Below, one piece after another: positions 33,678 to 43,994 of a stretch of 64,000 bases of DNA. The notes beneath the pieces are model-generated. The model did not search any database, was not told the DNA's origin, and saw only the letters and a program-made list of their open reading frames with translations. This DNA is from Plasmodiophora brassicae (lineage: Eukaryota): NCBI GenBank assembly GCA_036867785.1, contig CP145410.1, forward strand, positions 992,001-1,056,000, in the 5' to 3' direction. The position numbers were made by a program, and so were the translations under genes. How positions within the stretch are numbered: the first letter of the stretch is position 1; every line of letters begins with the position of its first letter.

Positions 33678-35786
33678 ATGTCCGTCGTCGTCGACGACGT
33701 TGCCTTGTGCAGCTGGCGCTCACAACACCTCGTCAGGCTCTCTGTCGCCGAGGGATCCGGCCTCTCCATATCGATCGACGATGGGCCCGGTCGCTGTCTG
33801 CCCATATCAGAGATACGCCTGGTCCCAATCGGTATCATCACTGCCAGGAGGTGCATGGACACACAGACGGGTCTCTCGTCTCTCGTCGCAGTGCTACGAT
33901 GTTCCGCTCCCGATGCCACCCACCACATTGTGGTCGTGTCCGTTCCCGACCCGCTCCAAGACGACGTCGTAGCCCATGTCCAGCATGCGTTCCCCGATGC
34001 CGATAAAGCGGCCAGGTTGACGCTCGCCGATGGCCCATTGCTGCTGGCAGCCACCGGATCCACCCTCGTCTTCATCCAGCGTTCCGACCATGGCGAATAT
34101 GCCGCTCTGCCAGTTTCGTTACCGTCCCCGGCGACGACCACTGTCCCGACCGGCAACGGGGTTGAAGTGGCCACCATGTGTGGCCGGTTCGTCAACGTTT
34201 CGGGCACGCCTCTCGCGCTGAACTCATCGACGTCGATACCGAGCGCGTTCACTGCACCTGCGACGTGTATGGCGCACCATGGCCCGTCGGACACGTTTGT
34301 TGTCGGCAGCGGCGACGCTGTCGTCAGTCTCGTACGCCGGGGCATAATCGCCCACCGTCGTCCTAGTCTCCCATCGGCTCCATCTGCCATTCACACGACG
34401 TTGCACCATTGCGTTGTATCGTTATCCTGCCGATCTGCCGTTGTCGTTTGCTCGATTGCCGACCTGGCTCTTGTGCGGATCATCGAGAACGCGGCCTGGG
34501 CGATCCCAGTCAGTGAGTCGCTGCTAGCGACATCGTCTGGCCAGCGAGTTCAGCTAGGCGGTGCAGAGTGCGGCGACGCGCCGACCCGTCTCGGTGCTGT
34601 CGCGATTGCGCTTCGTGATCGGGTCACTGCTGGGTGTGCCGAGCTTGAACGCGTCGAGGGCATTCACCAGTACAAGGAGCACCTTCTGGCTCACATGGAG
34701 CGACTGCTCAGCGGCGATGGCGCCTCCGTGTTTCCATCCAGTGACGTGTTCGGCATGAGCGTTCCTCGACTTGTACCCGTCCTGGAACGAAGCCCAGAGA
34801 AGGCACCCGAATCCGCTACTGCTGGCGTCAAAGGGGTCAGCATTCCCCTGTTCCCTGTATCGTCCGTTCGCACTGCTCGCGATGGGGCCGACTTTCATTG
34901 CGAAGTCGACGTTCGCATCAAGGATCGCTCCGATGAAGTTGCTGACGTGTGCCTGATTGTCCTCGGGGACGATGGCATCGTTGTCAGCTCTGTATCCCCC
35001 ACCGCTGACACGTCGCGCTCTGGCGATACGCTGTCATTGCATGCAGTGGTTCGCTTGGACGACCTGCCTGATTACGTAGGATCCACGAAGGCAAGCCTGG
35101 CGGTGTCTTGGCGTGGTTGTCAAGCGCCACTGTTCATCGATACGGTGTCGATCGATCGATGGGCGACGCCGTCAGATATCAGACATCGTCACTCTCGAAG
35201 CAAGTCGCCTGTTGCGGCTCCACAATATGGCGTTGTCGCCAGTTTCTGTTTGAAGTGCCCCGACGTGTCCCAGGTCCTGTCACCGCCCGTCGGAATGACA
35301 CGGTTCGAAGATGCCCGGACGGTTGGTCGACATCCGAAGTTGGTCGGGTCGGAGCAAGCGTCATGGCGATCAATGGACGACTTGGTGGAAATGCTGGTCA
35401 CCTGCTGTGGTGCCGATGCCCAGGTCGTGGTACAAGGGCACTCCAGGGCGCGTGTTGCCGATTGCACGAACGCGTTGCTGCAAGCAGTCGATGGCCCTGT
35501 CGACCTGTCGCCCGACTGGACGATCCTGCTACCGCTTGTCGGGCAGTTTGTGGCGGCGCTGGGTGACGAGATTAGTATCGCCGCCGATTTGGTCACCGGT
35601 GAGGTGCAGACGCTGATGGAGCAAGGCGGCATCCACGCGTCCAGTGCCGACATTCGCAAGGCGATCACGAGATACACGCTTCGCTCCAGGAAGCTCGCCG
35701 ACGCGCAAATAATGACCGATAACCTCGCTGGGCGCATCCTGACGTACTTCACAGAAGCGCAGCGGGACGAGAGATTGCCTGTATAA
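33678..35786 (+). CDS. FANCB-like protein (beta-rich N-terminus, central coiled coil, beta-sandwich, C-terminal helix)
   Basis: 702-aa intronless ORF. ALRDRVTAGCAELERVEGIHQYKEHLL and the terminal KLADAQIMTDNLAGRI resemble the FANCB coiled coil and C-terminus (recalled). Confidence 0.5.
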   Translation: MSVVVDDVALCSWRSQHLVRLSVAEGSGLSISIDDGPGRCLPISEIRLVPIGIITARRCMDTQTGLSSLVAVLRCSAPDATHHIVVVSVPDPLQDDVVAHVQHAFPDADKAARLTLADGPLLLAATGSTLVFIQRSDHGEYAALPVSLPSPATTTVPTGNGVEVATMCGRFVNVSGTPLALNSSTSIPSAFTAPATCMAHHGPSDTFVVGSGDAVVSLVRRGIIAHRRPSLPSAPSAIHTTLHHCVVSLSCRSAVVVCSIADLALVRIIENAAWAIPVSESLLATSSGQRVQLGGAECGDAPTRLGAVAIALRDRVTAGCAELERVEGIHQYKEHLLAHMERLLSGDGASVFPSSDVFGMSVPRLVPVLERSPEKAPESATAGVKGVSIPLFPVSSVRTARDGADFHCEVDVRIKDRSDEVADVCLIVLGDDGIVVSSVSPTADTSRSGDTLSLHAVVRLDDLPDYVGSTKASLAVSWRGCQAPLFIDTVSIDRWATPSDIRHRHSRSKSPVAAPQYGVVASFCLKCPDVSQVLSPPVGMTRFEDARTVGRHPKLVGSEQASWRSMDDLVEMLVTCCGADAQVVVQGHSRARVADCTNALLQAVDGPVDLSPDWTILLPLVGQFVAALGDEISIAADLVTGEVQTLMEQGGIHASSADIRKAITRYTLRSRKLADAQIMTDNLAGRILTYFTEAQRDERLPV

Positions 35787-35790
35787 ATTA

Positions 35791-36287
35791 TTAGCGCTCG
35801 TCGGGAGGATATCGGACATTGTCAGGCGTCAAGGCACTCTCATCGGCACATGCCGGTGACGGTAGCAACGGCGGGAGGTCGCCCAGCTCGTCTTGGCGCA
35901 GGAATCGCCCTTTCCTTCCAGCCCCGACACGCGCCCGGTTGCGCCGTTTGGCGAACTCGCTTCGTACCTCACTCCTGGTTACCCCGTTGCGACCCCGTCA
36001 GCGACAATACGTCATCACCTCAAGTATGCAAATGGGCGTACTTGTCTTTGACAATGACGTACTTCTCATTCCATCGTCTTCGCTGTTCTCTTCGTTTAAG
36101 AATGCGTTCATCTACGCCGCCCGTCAGACACCCAGTTGCAGACTACAGCTGGACGTCACGAACATTGCTTCCGGTTGACAATGACATCCCCAGCCCCGCT
36201 GTCGCCGGTCGCCAGCACCGATATAAGAGAGACGCATTCGTCCCCTTCAAACGGCAGTGGCGCGGCGCCGGTCCGCTGGGAATCCAT
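35791..36287 (-). CDS. Divergent NF-YA (CBF-B/HAP2)-like transcription factor, 3 exons, not in the ORF track
   Basis: Introns 36163-36112 and 36041-35975 give VIVNRKQ|YERILKRREQRRRWNEKYVIVKD|KSEVRSEFAKRRNRARVGAGRKGRFLR. Confidence 0.75.
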
Positions 36288-36597
36288 CGTCAAGTGCCCA
36301 CGCGGACTTCAATTCCTCTGACACGCCGACGCGGACGACCCCACGAACCCGACGCTGGCCTGGCATCCAAAACTGCGCGCCCCAACGTCCCACCAATGCT
36401 AGGACCGGTAGTCGTACCTGTCGTTTTCTAGCGTGTGGTCTCGTACGCACCGGGCCCTAGACACAGTAGGTTCGTCGGCCTGTGGACGTTTACAAGTACG
36501 ACCGGTCGCCACGACAAGCCGAATGACGATGCGGTCGTCGCCGAAGGTTAGGCCGTTAGGTACTGTAGGTAGCTGTCCCAGTCCGCGGAGTAGCGCG

Positions 36598-36861
36598 ATG
36601 TCGGGTACGCCGCCAACGCGTTCGGCGTGCCTGGCGCTGTACAAGAACGTCAGACGAGCCGGCCTACAGTTCAAGGATTTCAACTTCCGCGAATACGTCG
36701 TCCGTCGTGCCCGGGAGCGATTTGAAGCGGGGCGCGCGGCGACCGGCGCCGATGCCGCGCGGTTGTACGAGAAGGGCATCGAGGACCTGCAGGTCGTCAG
36801 GCGGCAGAGCACGTTGAACCGGATGTACGCCCATGGCAGGAATGTCGCGGAAACCATGTAA
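36598..36861 (+). CDS. ISD11: LYR-motif protein 4 / Isd11 (mitochondrial Fe-S assembly)
   Basis: LALYKNVRRAGLQFKDFNFREYVVRRARERF and LQVVRRQSTLNRMY. Confidence 0.88.
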   Translation: MSGTPPTRSACLALYKNVRRAGLQFKDFNFREYVVRRARERFEAGRAATGADAARLYEKGIEDLQVVRRQSTLNRMYAHGRNVAETM

Positions 36862-36913
36862 CAGTTTGAAACATACAACCACCCAGTGAACTCGTCGAAG
36901 TCCCTGTGTCCGT

Positions 36914-38273
36914 TTAGTCGTCGGATTCGATCAGGTCGGTAATGATCAGCTGCAGCAGAGGGATGGAGTGGCAAGACATTTGGTAGGCCTGGTGGGGCGC
37001 TCTCGGGAGACACCGTGCAATAATCTCGCCTTCAATAACGTCGACCTCGTATCGTAGTCTTTGCAAGCAATAGATTCGCCATCCGCCACGAGTCGCCCGC
37101 TTGGACCATTGTTCGCGAACAGTAACGGCGGGCGCGTGCGTAGCAGCGATAGACCTGATGACGTCTCTCACAGCACAGAACACTCGGTCATGGGCAACGA
37201 ATGCGACGACTTCCGGTAGAATTTTCCGCTTCTCGTGGGCTCCATGCACGAACTCTGCAAAGACATAGTTCGACAGCGCCCGAGCGTACGCGCTGCCCTT
37301 GATCTGCTCATAGCACGTTCAGCCAGATGCGGCAGGTATATTGCCCTCGGTATGACAAGTTTACCTGAAGATCATCTTGACACAACTCGATGCAATCACA
37401 TGGCCCATCCCAGACGATGCGATCGGCAAGCCGTTGGAATTCTGGGGTGACGTCATTGGCACAGGAGGCGGCGTTGTCGAACGAGAATCGTCGCAGATTA
37501 GCCAGGAAGCGGCGTCGGATCTCGGCATGCAAGTGTTCACGCGCTGTACCTTCAAACGTGATTCGGCCATCCTGGTCTTGCGCAAGCGGGACAAGGTAAT
37601 GCGACCCGGCGAACGATAGGTCAACGGCAAGGGTATTAGTAGGTAGTAACGTCAACAGCCAGAATCGATTCATAGAGCAGATATCGGCGGCAAACGCTGT
37701 CGTGATGGTAGATGCCGACCGGATCGTGGATGACGACCTTCGCAATACGTTCATCGCGTCTCGCAGATTGCAACGCACTGAGGCAACACACTGCTTGGCG
37801 ACGTCGCCAGCGACAACAGTCGGCACCGGCGGTTTCGACCGCTGCATGGTTAAGCCTGATCTCCCCAGGACCGTGTCGATCAACCTGACCATTGTATCCG
37901 TCTGGAAACGGGCCATGCTTTACAGTGCACGAGTCAGACGCAACACGTATGGGCAAGAGCGCACCTGCTTACTTGACCAGCTGGACGACATGAGATGCCC
38001 CAGACGGCGACGATTCGTCCGCTTGCGCTTGCCTCTCGCGGTCCCCACGTTCAGCCGCCTGGTCGCCCAGATAAATGTTGTGGACGTCAACGAAAAACTG
38101 TTCCAGGGGCGACAGCGCCCTGCGTAAGACGATATCAGCGGTGCTCCCAGCTTACACTAAGGATGCGCGACGGACGGTTCCTTCGTCTCATGCTGCTCGG
38201 GGCCAGCCGCCAGCACAGGATTGTCCAACAAGTTGTCAATTTGAACGCGAATCTGACGTGCATCAACGGCCAT
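36914..38273 (-). CDS. Mediator subunit 17 (MED17/Srb4)-like, multi-exon
   Basis: LRDAMNVLRRSSSTI...FAADICSMNRFWLL...LAVDLSFAGS resembles the MED17 core; the exons follow GT-AG. Confidence 0.5.
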
Positions 38274-38385
38274 GGCTGCGAACGACGAACGCCGGACTGC
38301 GCGTGTACGTATTTGCGTTTCGTCACGGTCGACGTCTACCCTACAGTGCCCTTTCGGTTCTGACTGCCATTGCACGCCCGTCCAT

Positions 38386-40261
38386 TCAGAATATGGTCAG
38401 CCGGGGGCTTCCCAGTACAACCCAATCTGGTTTATACAAGTTCACATGCGGGTGGGGAGGAGGGGGCTGCCGTTTCTTCCTATTCATGACCCTTGACGAC
38501 GCAGACGTCTGCAAAGAAGGTAGGCAGCCAGTGGCGAATCTCAGGCCCTGACGGGAATAGAGCCTATATTGCACGATGAGGCCGGTTAGGCACAGAATAT
38601 AGGCACAGATTGCCACATACCTCTGTAGACGACGACATTTCCACGGAGACATGGCTCTGATCTCCGCTGTACTGATCTGCTAGCTGGCATAATTCGGAAT
38701 AGCCGTCGTAAAACTTCAACGCCCAGCATAAGATGCAAGCACAAAGGTCCACGCAGGATTCCAACAACGTACCTCCCGCCAAAGGTCAGCGATATGTGAG
38801 CGGGCGTTCGGGATGCGATGCGTGTTATGAACTCGGTTGTACCGGGCCTTGACCGATATCGTTGTATGCGCCACATAGTGCTCCATGGCATGGAACAGGC
38901 GAACACGCTCGCAACAGAAGCACCCACTCCTGAACGATTGCGGATGTTCCGGACCCGTTGAAATCGCCTTTAGCTCAGTCTCAGCCAGTGGCAACTTTGA
39001 TTGTGAAGCAGGCACAACCTTGCGTGCTCCGATTTTCGAAAGCTGAATGCGGCTCGGGTGGTACCGAGGACCAGACAGGAATATGCCGTACCGAGCCACG
39101 CGGCCGCATCGGTGACAGACCTCACACGAGCCTTCCATACCGCACGCAGCAGGGGCTGTTGATAAGATGGGATTCGTTACGACAATGTCCTCGAACTCCT
39201 GCCTCCAAGCCCCAGAGCGAACCTACAAGCAAGAATCGGTATTGGCCGACATCGATGTCAAGATGGTAGGTAGCCTACATTCCGAGCACGAAATCGAAGG
39301 CTTTCCACAATCTTCCTGTACGAGTAGGCGAGCTCCTCTGAAGGGCGAGCGATACGGCGCCCTTCAACGCAAATGTCCACGAGGCCGATGAAGAACCCCT
39401 TGTATGCCTCCTCCTCACTCAAGGTGATCATCCTCTTAAACGCATCATGCATTTCTTCGTCAAACAGCAATGCACTAGAGCAGCCAGTCAGAACATGAGT
39501 TCGTCGATGGAAGAATCCATCAGACCGATGCGAAAATTCGACTGGATCTTCCTCGCTTTCAGCCTACAATTAACGATGTCAGATCTAGCCGATCCAAAGC
39601 ATGCGTTGACATTATTACATCATCGTCAATGAAGTCGTTATCGTCTACGAAACTGTCATCGTTGGGAGTCCTCTTATCTTTACAACCGTCGTCGACAAAG
39701 TGCAGCTGTGCCGATGACCTGACAGGGCTTTCGCTACTACCTAATGTGTTTAGAGCAGTGCATAAAGGCAACTGGTTACACCCCTTACTCAGAACATACA
39801 GCGCTGGTATCGTCATCATCGAAGTCAAGTTGTCGGCGTGAACGGCATCGCTTCTCGTCTTCCTTCTTCTGTCGTAGATATTGCACTATCGTCGGCCTGC
39901 TCTGTCGACGATCGATCCCATGCCTGAGCCTTCGTGCTATACAGTCACTCTCTTCGTCATCGTTCAACGCGACGTTCGGCTTTGCCGCCCCTCCCTCCAG
40001 AGCTGGCCTTCGACCGTCTTCGTCTGTATCAGTTCGTTGCGGATGCTTACGCGCCGACCTCGGTGTCCGATTAACAACAATCACAACGTCGTCACTATCG
40101 TTGTCGTCGTCGCTGCAGACGATCGACCGGTGACGACGCGAAGACCCTGGCGTGCCCCGACGCGCATCAAACACTTGATCATCATCATCATCGTTATCGT
40201 CGTCCTCGATACGATGCCGCCTGGGCGTGCGCTGGCCGCGCCCCACCGCCTCTGCCATCAT
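38386..40261 (-). CDS. CCDC82/DUF4211-like protein with acidic disordered N-terminus
   Basis: Acidic tracts (DDFIDDD-like), SGAWRQEF, CEVCHR, LSGPRY and FRSGCFCCERVRLFHAMEHY. The 3' end is uncertain. Confidence 0.65.
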
Positions 40262-40499
40262 TCCTTCGGCTGCATTCAGTGATCGAGGTGCACCACGCGG
40301 ACTTTGACCCGGGCATCACGATGTCGAGGCGCCGAACAAGGCGGATGATGTCGTTAACAGTTTGCCGGTAACAGTCGGTTAGCTGTGGGTGCAATTAGAT
40401 TCCAGGTTAGGTCGAAACGTTTCAGTACGGTTTCGGCCGATACGCCGCTCATTCGGTTGTCGCGTCAGTGGCTGGTGGGTGATCGACTCGTACGCTCTG

Positions 40500-41510
40500 A
40501 TGGTGGGCAACATCGCGGCGATCATGCTCTGGGGCTTGTTGTCGCTCGATGCGGTCGCAGCTGTGAGAGCCTTGATCGAACTCTGTGCCCGTCCCGCGTC
40601 GTCAGTGATGAAGGACGTCAGGAGCAAACGGCTCGTCGCTCTGCAGGTTGTATCACTGACGCTGGCCGTTACACTCATCGTTATCAGCACCGCCCTACCT
40701 TCAGTTGTCCATTGCATAATTCGCCCGGTTGCCAACGTTTTCGTGATGTGTTTCGCATGCTCCTCGGCCTACGCTCTGTACCTGTCCGGGAAGAAGACGA
40801 TGTCGGGCGACGACCGCGACGACGAAGACAACGACGACGACAGTGATTTCGAGGTGATTATTCCTACGGTAGCCACTCTCGTTCTGTCCATACCTACATT
40901 CGTCAACTACGCTGTCGTGAAGCGGTCGATGCAGACGCTGCCGCTTCATAACGGCAGCAATCTCGAGCACTGGTGCCCGATGGATCAGCTCATCGCTATT
41001 GGTCTCCCAGTGACCGTCTTTGGCGTCCTGTCGGGCATTGCCATCGTTGTCACTCTTCGCTTGTCGAAACGCATCGCCACACCCTGGAATATGGTCGGGT
41101 TCGCTGCCACGGTCTCGGCAATGACAGTGCTGTTGCTTGCCGTCCAAATCAAGCCAAGCGAGTACTCGGATATCGCCGTCGCGTACGTGTGGGCCAGTGG
41201 ATCGTTACTCCTGCTCGTGTTTCTGGTTACCGCTGGAGTGATGGGCGCCGTAAACAAACCAGCGCCAGCGATTGTTCCGCGTCTTCATCGTCGTACGAGT
41301 GTCATCAACAGGGCTCGCCCCCATGTCGTTTCTGTCCCGGATAATACCAACGCCAGGACCAACGCGTACCCTGCTCATAATCTGGTGTCCGGCCCCGTCA
41401 TGAGCGTGATGGATCAGCACCATGTGGCCCTCATGGTGCTGGGACACGTTCCTCCACACATCGACGAGGCGGCCAGCACTGAAGGCGCGCGAGAGGCCAA
41501 CATAGTGTAA
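40500..41510 (+). CDS. Seven-transmembrane protein, GPCR (class C 7TM)-like, no ectodomain
   Basis: Seven hydrophobic segments, with Cys at the start of TM3 (HCIIRP) and in the TM4-TM5 loop (HWCPM), and a polar C-terminal tail. Confidence 0.6.
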   Translation: MVGNIAAIMLWGLLSLDAVAAVRALIELCARPASSVMKDVRSKRLVALQVVSLTLAVTLIVISTALPSVVHCIIRPVANVFVMCFACSSAYALYLSGKKTMSGDDRDDEDNDDDSDFEVIIPTVATLVLSIPTFVNYAVVKRSMQTLPLHNGSNLEHWCPMDQLIAIGLPVTVFGVLSGIAIVVTLRLSKRIATPWNMVGFAATVSAMTVLLLAVQIKPSEYSDIAVAYVWASGSLLLLVFLVTAGVMGAVNKPAPAIVPRLHRRTSVINRARPHVVSVPDNTNARTNAYPAHNLVSGPVMSVMDQHHVALMVLGHVPPHIDEAASTEGAREANIV

Positions 41511-41581
41511 TTGCATCCGTTCAAAGTGTTTCAAATAAAAGGTGTTTGGTGAACACAACCGAACCGCGGGGGGCATTCATT

Positions 41582-42307
41582 CTAACAGATCGTGCAGAAC
41601 TTCATCCCCGGCCTCTTCGGGGCGGCTTTGGCTTTGGCCGTTTTACCGCGTGTCAGCGCCTTTCTGTTATCCTGCGATGCCAGCGCCTCTCGCACGGCCT
41701 GCTCGAACACTGCTGAGCAATTCTCGCTCGTCATGGCCGAGCATTCCATGTAGACGGCAGCGCCGATATCCTTCTGCAACTCCTGGCCTTCCTCGGCCGA
41801 AACCACCTCGATATTCCCTCCCCGAAGGTCGCATTTCGTCCCAATCACTGCACAGAACGACCCGTGTCAGAAGGGGGACCCATAAATTGGTACACAAGCA
41901 CGTACGTAGCAATGGCACGCCTTGGCAGTACTCCTTGATCTCGGGCAGCCACTTCTTCTTGACGTGGTTGAAGGCATCCATCGAGTTGATTGAGTACAGG
42001 ACCAGAAACGCATCCGTGTCTTGGTAGGACAGAAGCCGCAACTTGTCGAACTCCTCCTGGCCGGCATTGTCCTACATAACAGCGAGGTAAACGGAGGCTG
42101 GAGCACCCACGATACACGAGACGGGCGTACCCAAAGAGCAAGCTCGACCCTCCGACCATCGATGACACGGTCGAGCCATGTATTTTCGAATACGGTCGGT
42201 TCATGTTCCGGGTTGAACTCGTCGCTCGAGTACCGCGTCAGGAGGCTGGTCTTGCCGACGGCACCGTCGCCGATCAGGACGACTTTCACCGACCGCGATT
42301 CGCTCAT
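41582..42307 (-). CDS. Rho-family small GTPase
   Basis: GDGAVGKTS, EPTVFEN, LW|DNAGQEEFDKLRLLSY, GTKCDLR, YMECSA, a polybasic tail and CAAX (CTIC); 2 introns. Confidence 0.93.
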
Positions 42308-42594
42308 GGCCGCGGCCGGCGCTCCAGCAACAGTGGCGCCCTTTACCGTCCCTGGCATTCTTCCGAACAGGCACGCGCGGGTGCAACTATGTCGACGACC
42401 GTCAAGCCTGGTCTACAGATCTGTCGGTCTGCTCTCCAACCCAGCGATCCGGTTATAGATCAAGTCGCGGAAACTCCGTTGACCGATTTAGCTCTCGAAA
42501 CGAAACCCACACGGCGCCGGGCGGCACGTTGCCACTGCACGCCGCATATGTTATTTTAGAATTACGACTACATGGAAGAGCTGTGTTAATGAAG

Positions 42595-43677
42595 TTACAC
42601 GTTGCCGAGGTTGATATGCGACGTGATGTTGTTGGACGACGTGCGCGCGTTGTTCTGGTTCGCCGTGTACGTCGTTTTCAGGTCGGAGTTGGTGATGTTG
42701 CCGCCGTCGGCTGATGCCATGTCGTTGCCATTGTCAAAGGCGCTGGCGCGCATGGACTGCGCAGTAGGGCCGGCGATGACGTCGTTCCCGACATTGGAAC
42801 CCTTTGCCCAGTTCGATTGTAAGTTGGCGTCACCGCTATTGTCCACGATCGAGTGCGTCTGATGATTGGAATTGTCTTGATGCAGCGCGTCTGCATTGGA
42901 AGCCAACGTGTTCGCTAACGTCTGTCCTTGAGCGCCAGTGGGAGTGATGGCCTGACTCGACGAGAGAATGTTGGAGCCCGCCTGCGACCTGACTGCGGAC
43001 TCGTTAGCGTCCGCCTTTCTCGAGCTTGCTTCAGCGAGGTCCTTGCTAAAAATGTCACTGTGATCCCCAGTCACTGCAAACTGGTTGCTGAACTGGTCGG
43101 ACGCGCCTCCAAGCGGACTCAGGGCCGTTCGTCTCACCAGTGATGCGGCCTGCGCACCACGGTCCATAATGCCATGCTCAGTGTCGTGGGAGGACAGACC
43201 TTGGTCGAGATGACGAGTCACTGCTGAATCCTCATTGTTCCGAAATGACGCCGCCTTATTCAAAGAGCCTGCCGCCAATCCCGGAGCAATCGTCGTTGAG
43301 CTTGCGAGGTCGGCATTACTCGTCCCCGATTGACCCAGGGAGTTGGATCCATCTATCGTCTGGCTCACAGAACGTATCGCCTTCGGGCCAGAGCGGTACT
43401 TTGCGAACATGGAATGGGAGTCTTTGGCCGCGTCCGCCATTGCACCATCGTTTGAGATCGTGACCTTGTTCGCCTCGGCGTTGGCTTGATTCGCCCTTTC
43501 AGCCGACGACCCCAGCGTGGCATTGTTCAGCTGTGAGAGTGCATTGTTGAAGTTCGTATTGCTTCCGCGTGCGAACGCACGCCTGCTGCTAGTGTCCAGG
43601 TTGCCGATGCTGCCCTGCGAGACGCAGGTCGATACGGTGGCAGCGATGGTGAGCGCCACCACGTACAGCGTCATCAT
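42595..43677 (-). CDS. Secreted Ser/Asn/Ala-rich protein of unknown function
   Basis: Intronless 360 aa with signal peptide MMTLYVVALTIAATVSTCVS. The mature part lacks Cys and TM segments. Confidence 0.75.
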   Translation of the reverse strand: MMTLYVVALTIAATVSTCVSQGSIGNLDTSSRRAFARGSNTNFNNALSQLNNATLGSSAERANQANAEANKVTISNDGAMADAAKDSHSMFAKYRSGPKAIRSVSQTIDGSNSLGQSGTSNADLASSTTIAPGLAAGSLNKAASFRNNEDSAVTRHLDQGLSSHDTEHGIMDRGAQAASLVRRTALSPLGGASDQFSNQFAVTGDHSDIFSKDLAEASSRKADANESAVRSQAGSNILSSSQAITPTGAQGQTLANTLASNADALHQDNSNHQTHSIVDNSGDANLQSNWAKGSNVGNDVIAGPTAQSMRASAFDNGNDMASADGGNITNSDLKTTYTANQNNARTSSNNITSHINLGNV

Positions 43678-43994
43678 TGTGCCCAATTGTAAACGACGGA
43701 ACCTTCGATCGGAGGCACACGGAAGAAAGGAGGCCTCCGACAACAGGAATAGATCGGACGGACGTTGTGGAGGCCCATCCCGCATCAATCACTTGTATTT
43801 GTATTCACCGTATGGATAATCCATGATGGACGTTGCGTCCTGTACGGGCTCCAGAAAACCTCATCGCACGTCCTCGTATTTACCACGGGTGGCTACCCAG
43901 CGACGAGTACCGACATGAGCTGGTTCCGCTCAACGCCATCTTCTAGATCCGGCAGTGGGTAGCGTTGAAGTACGACATGACGGGCCGCTGGATG

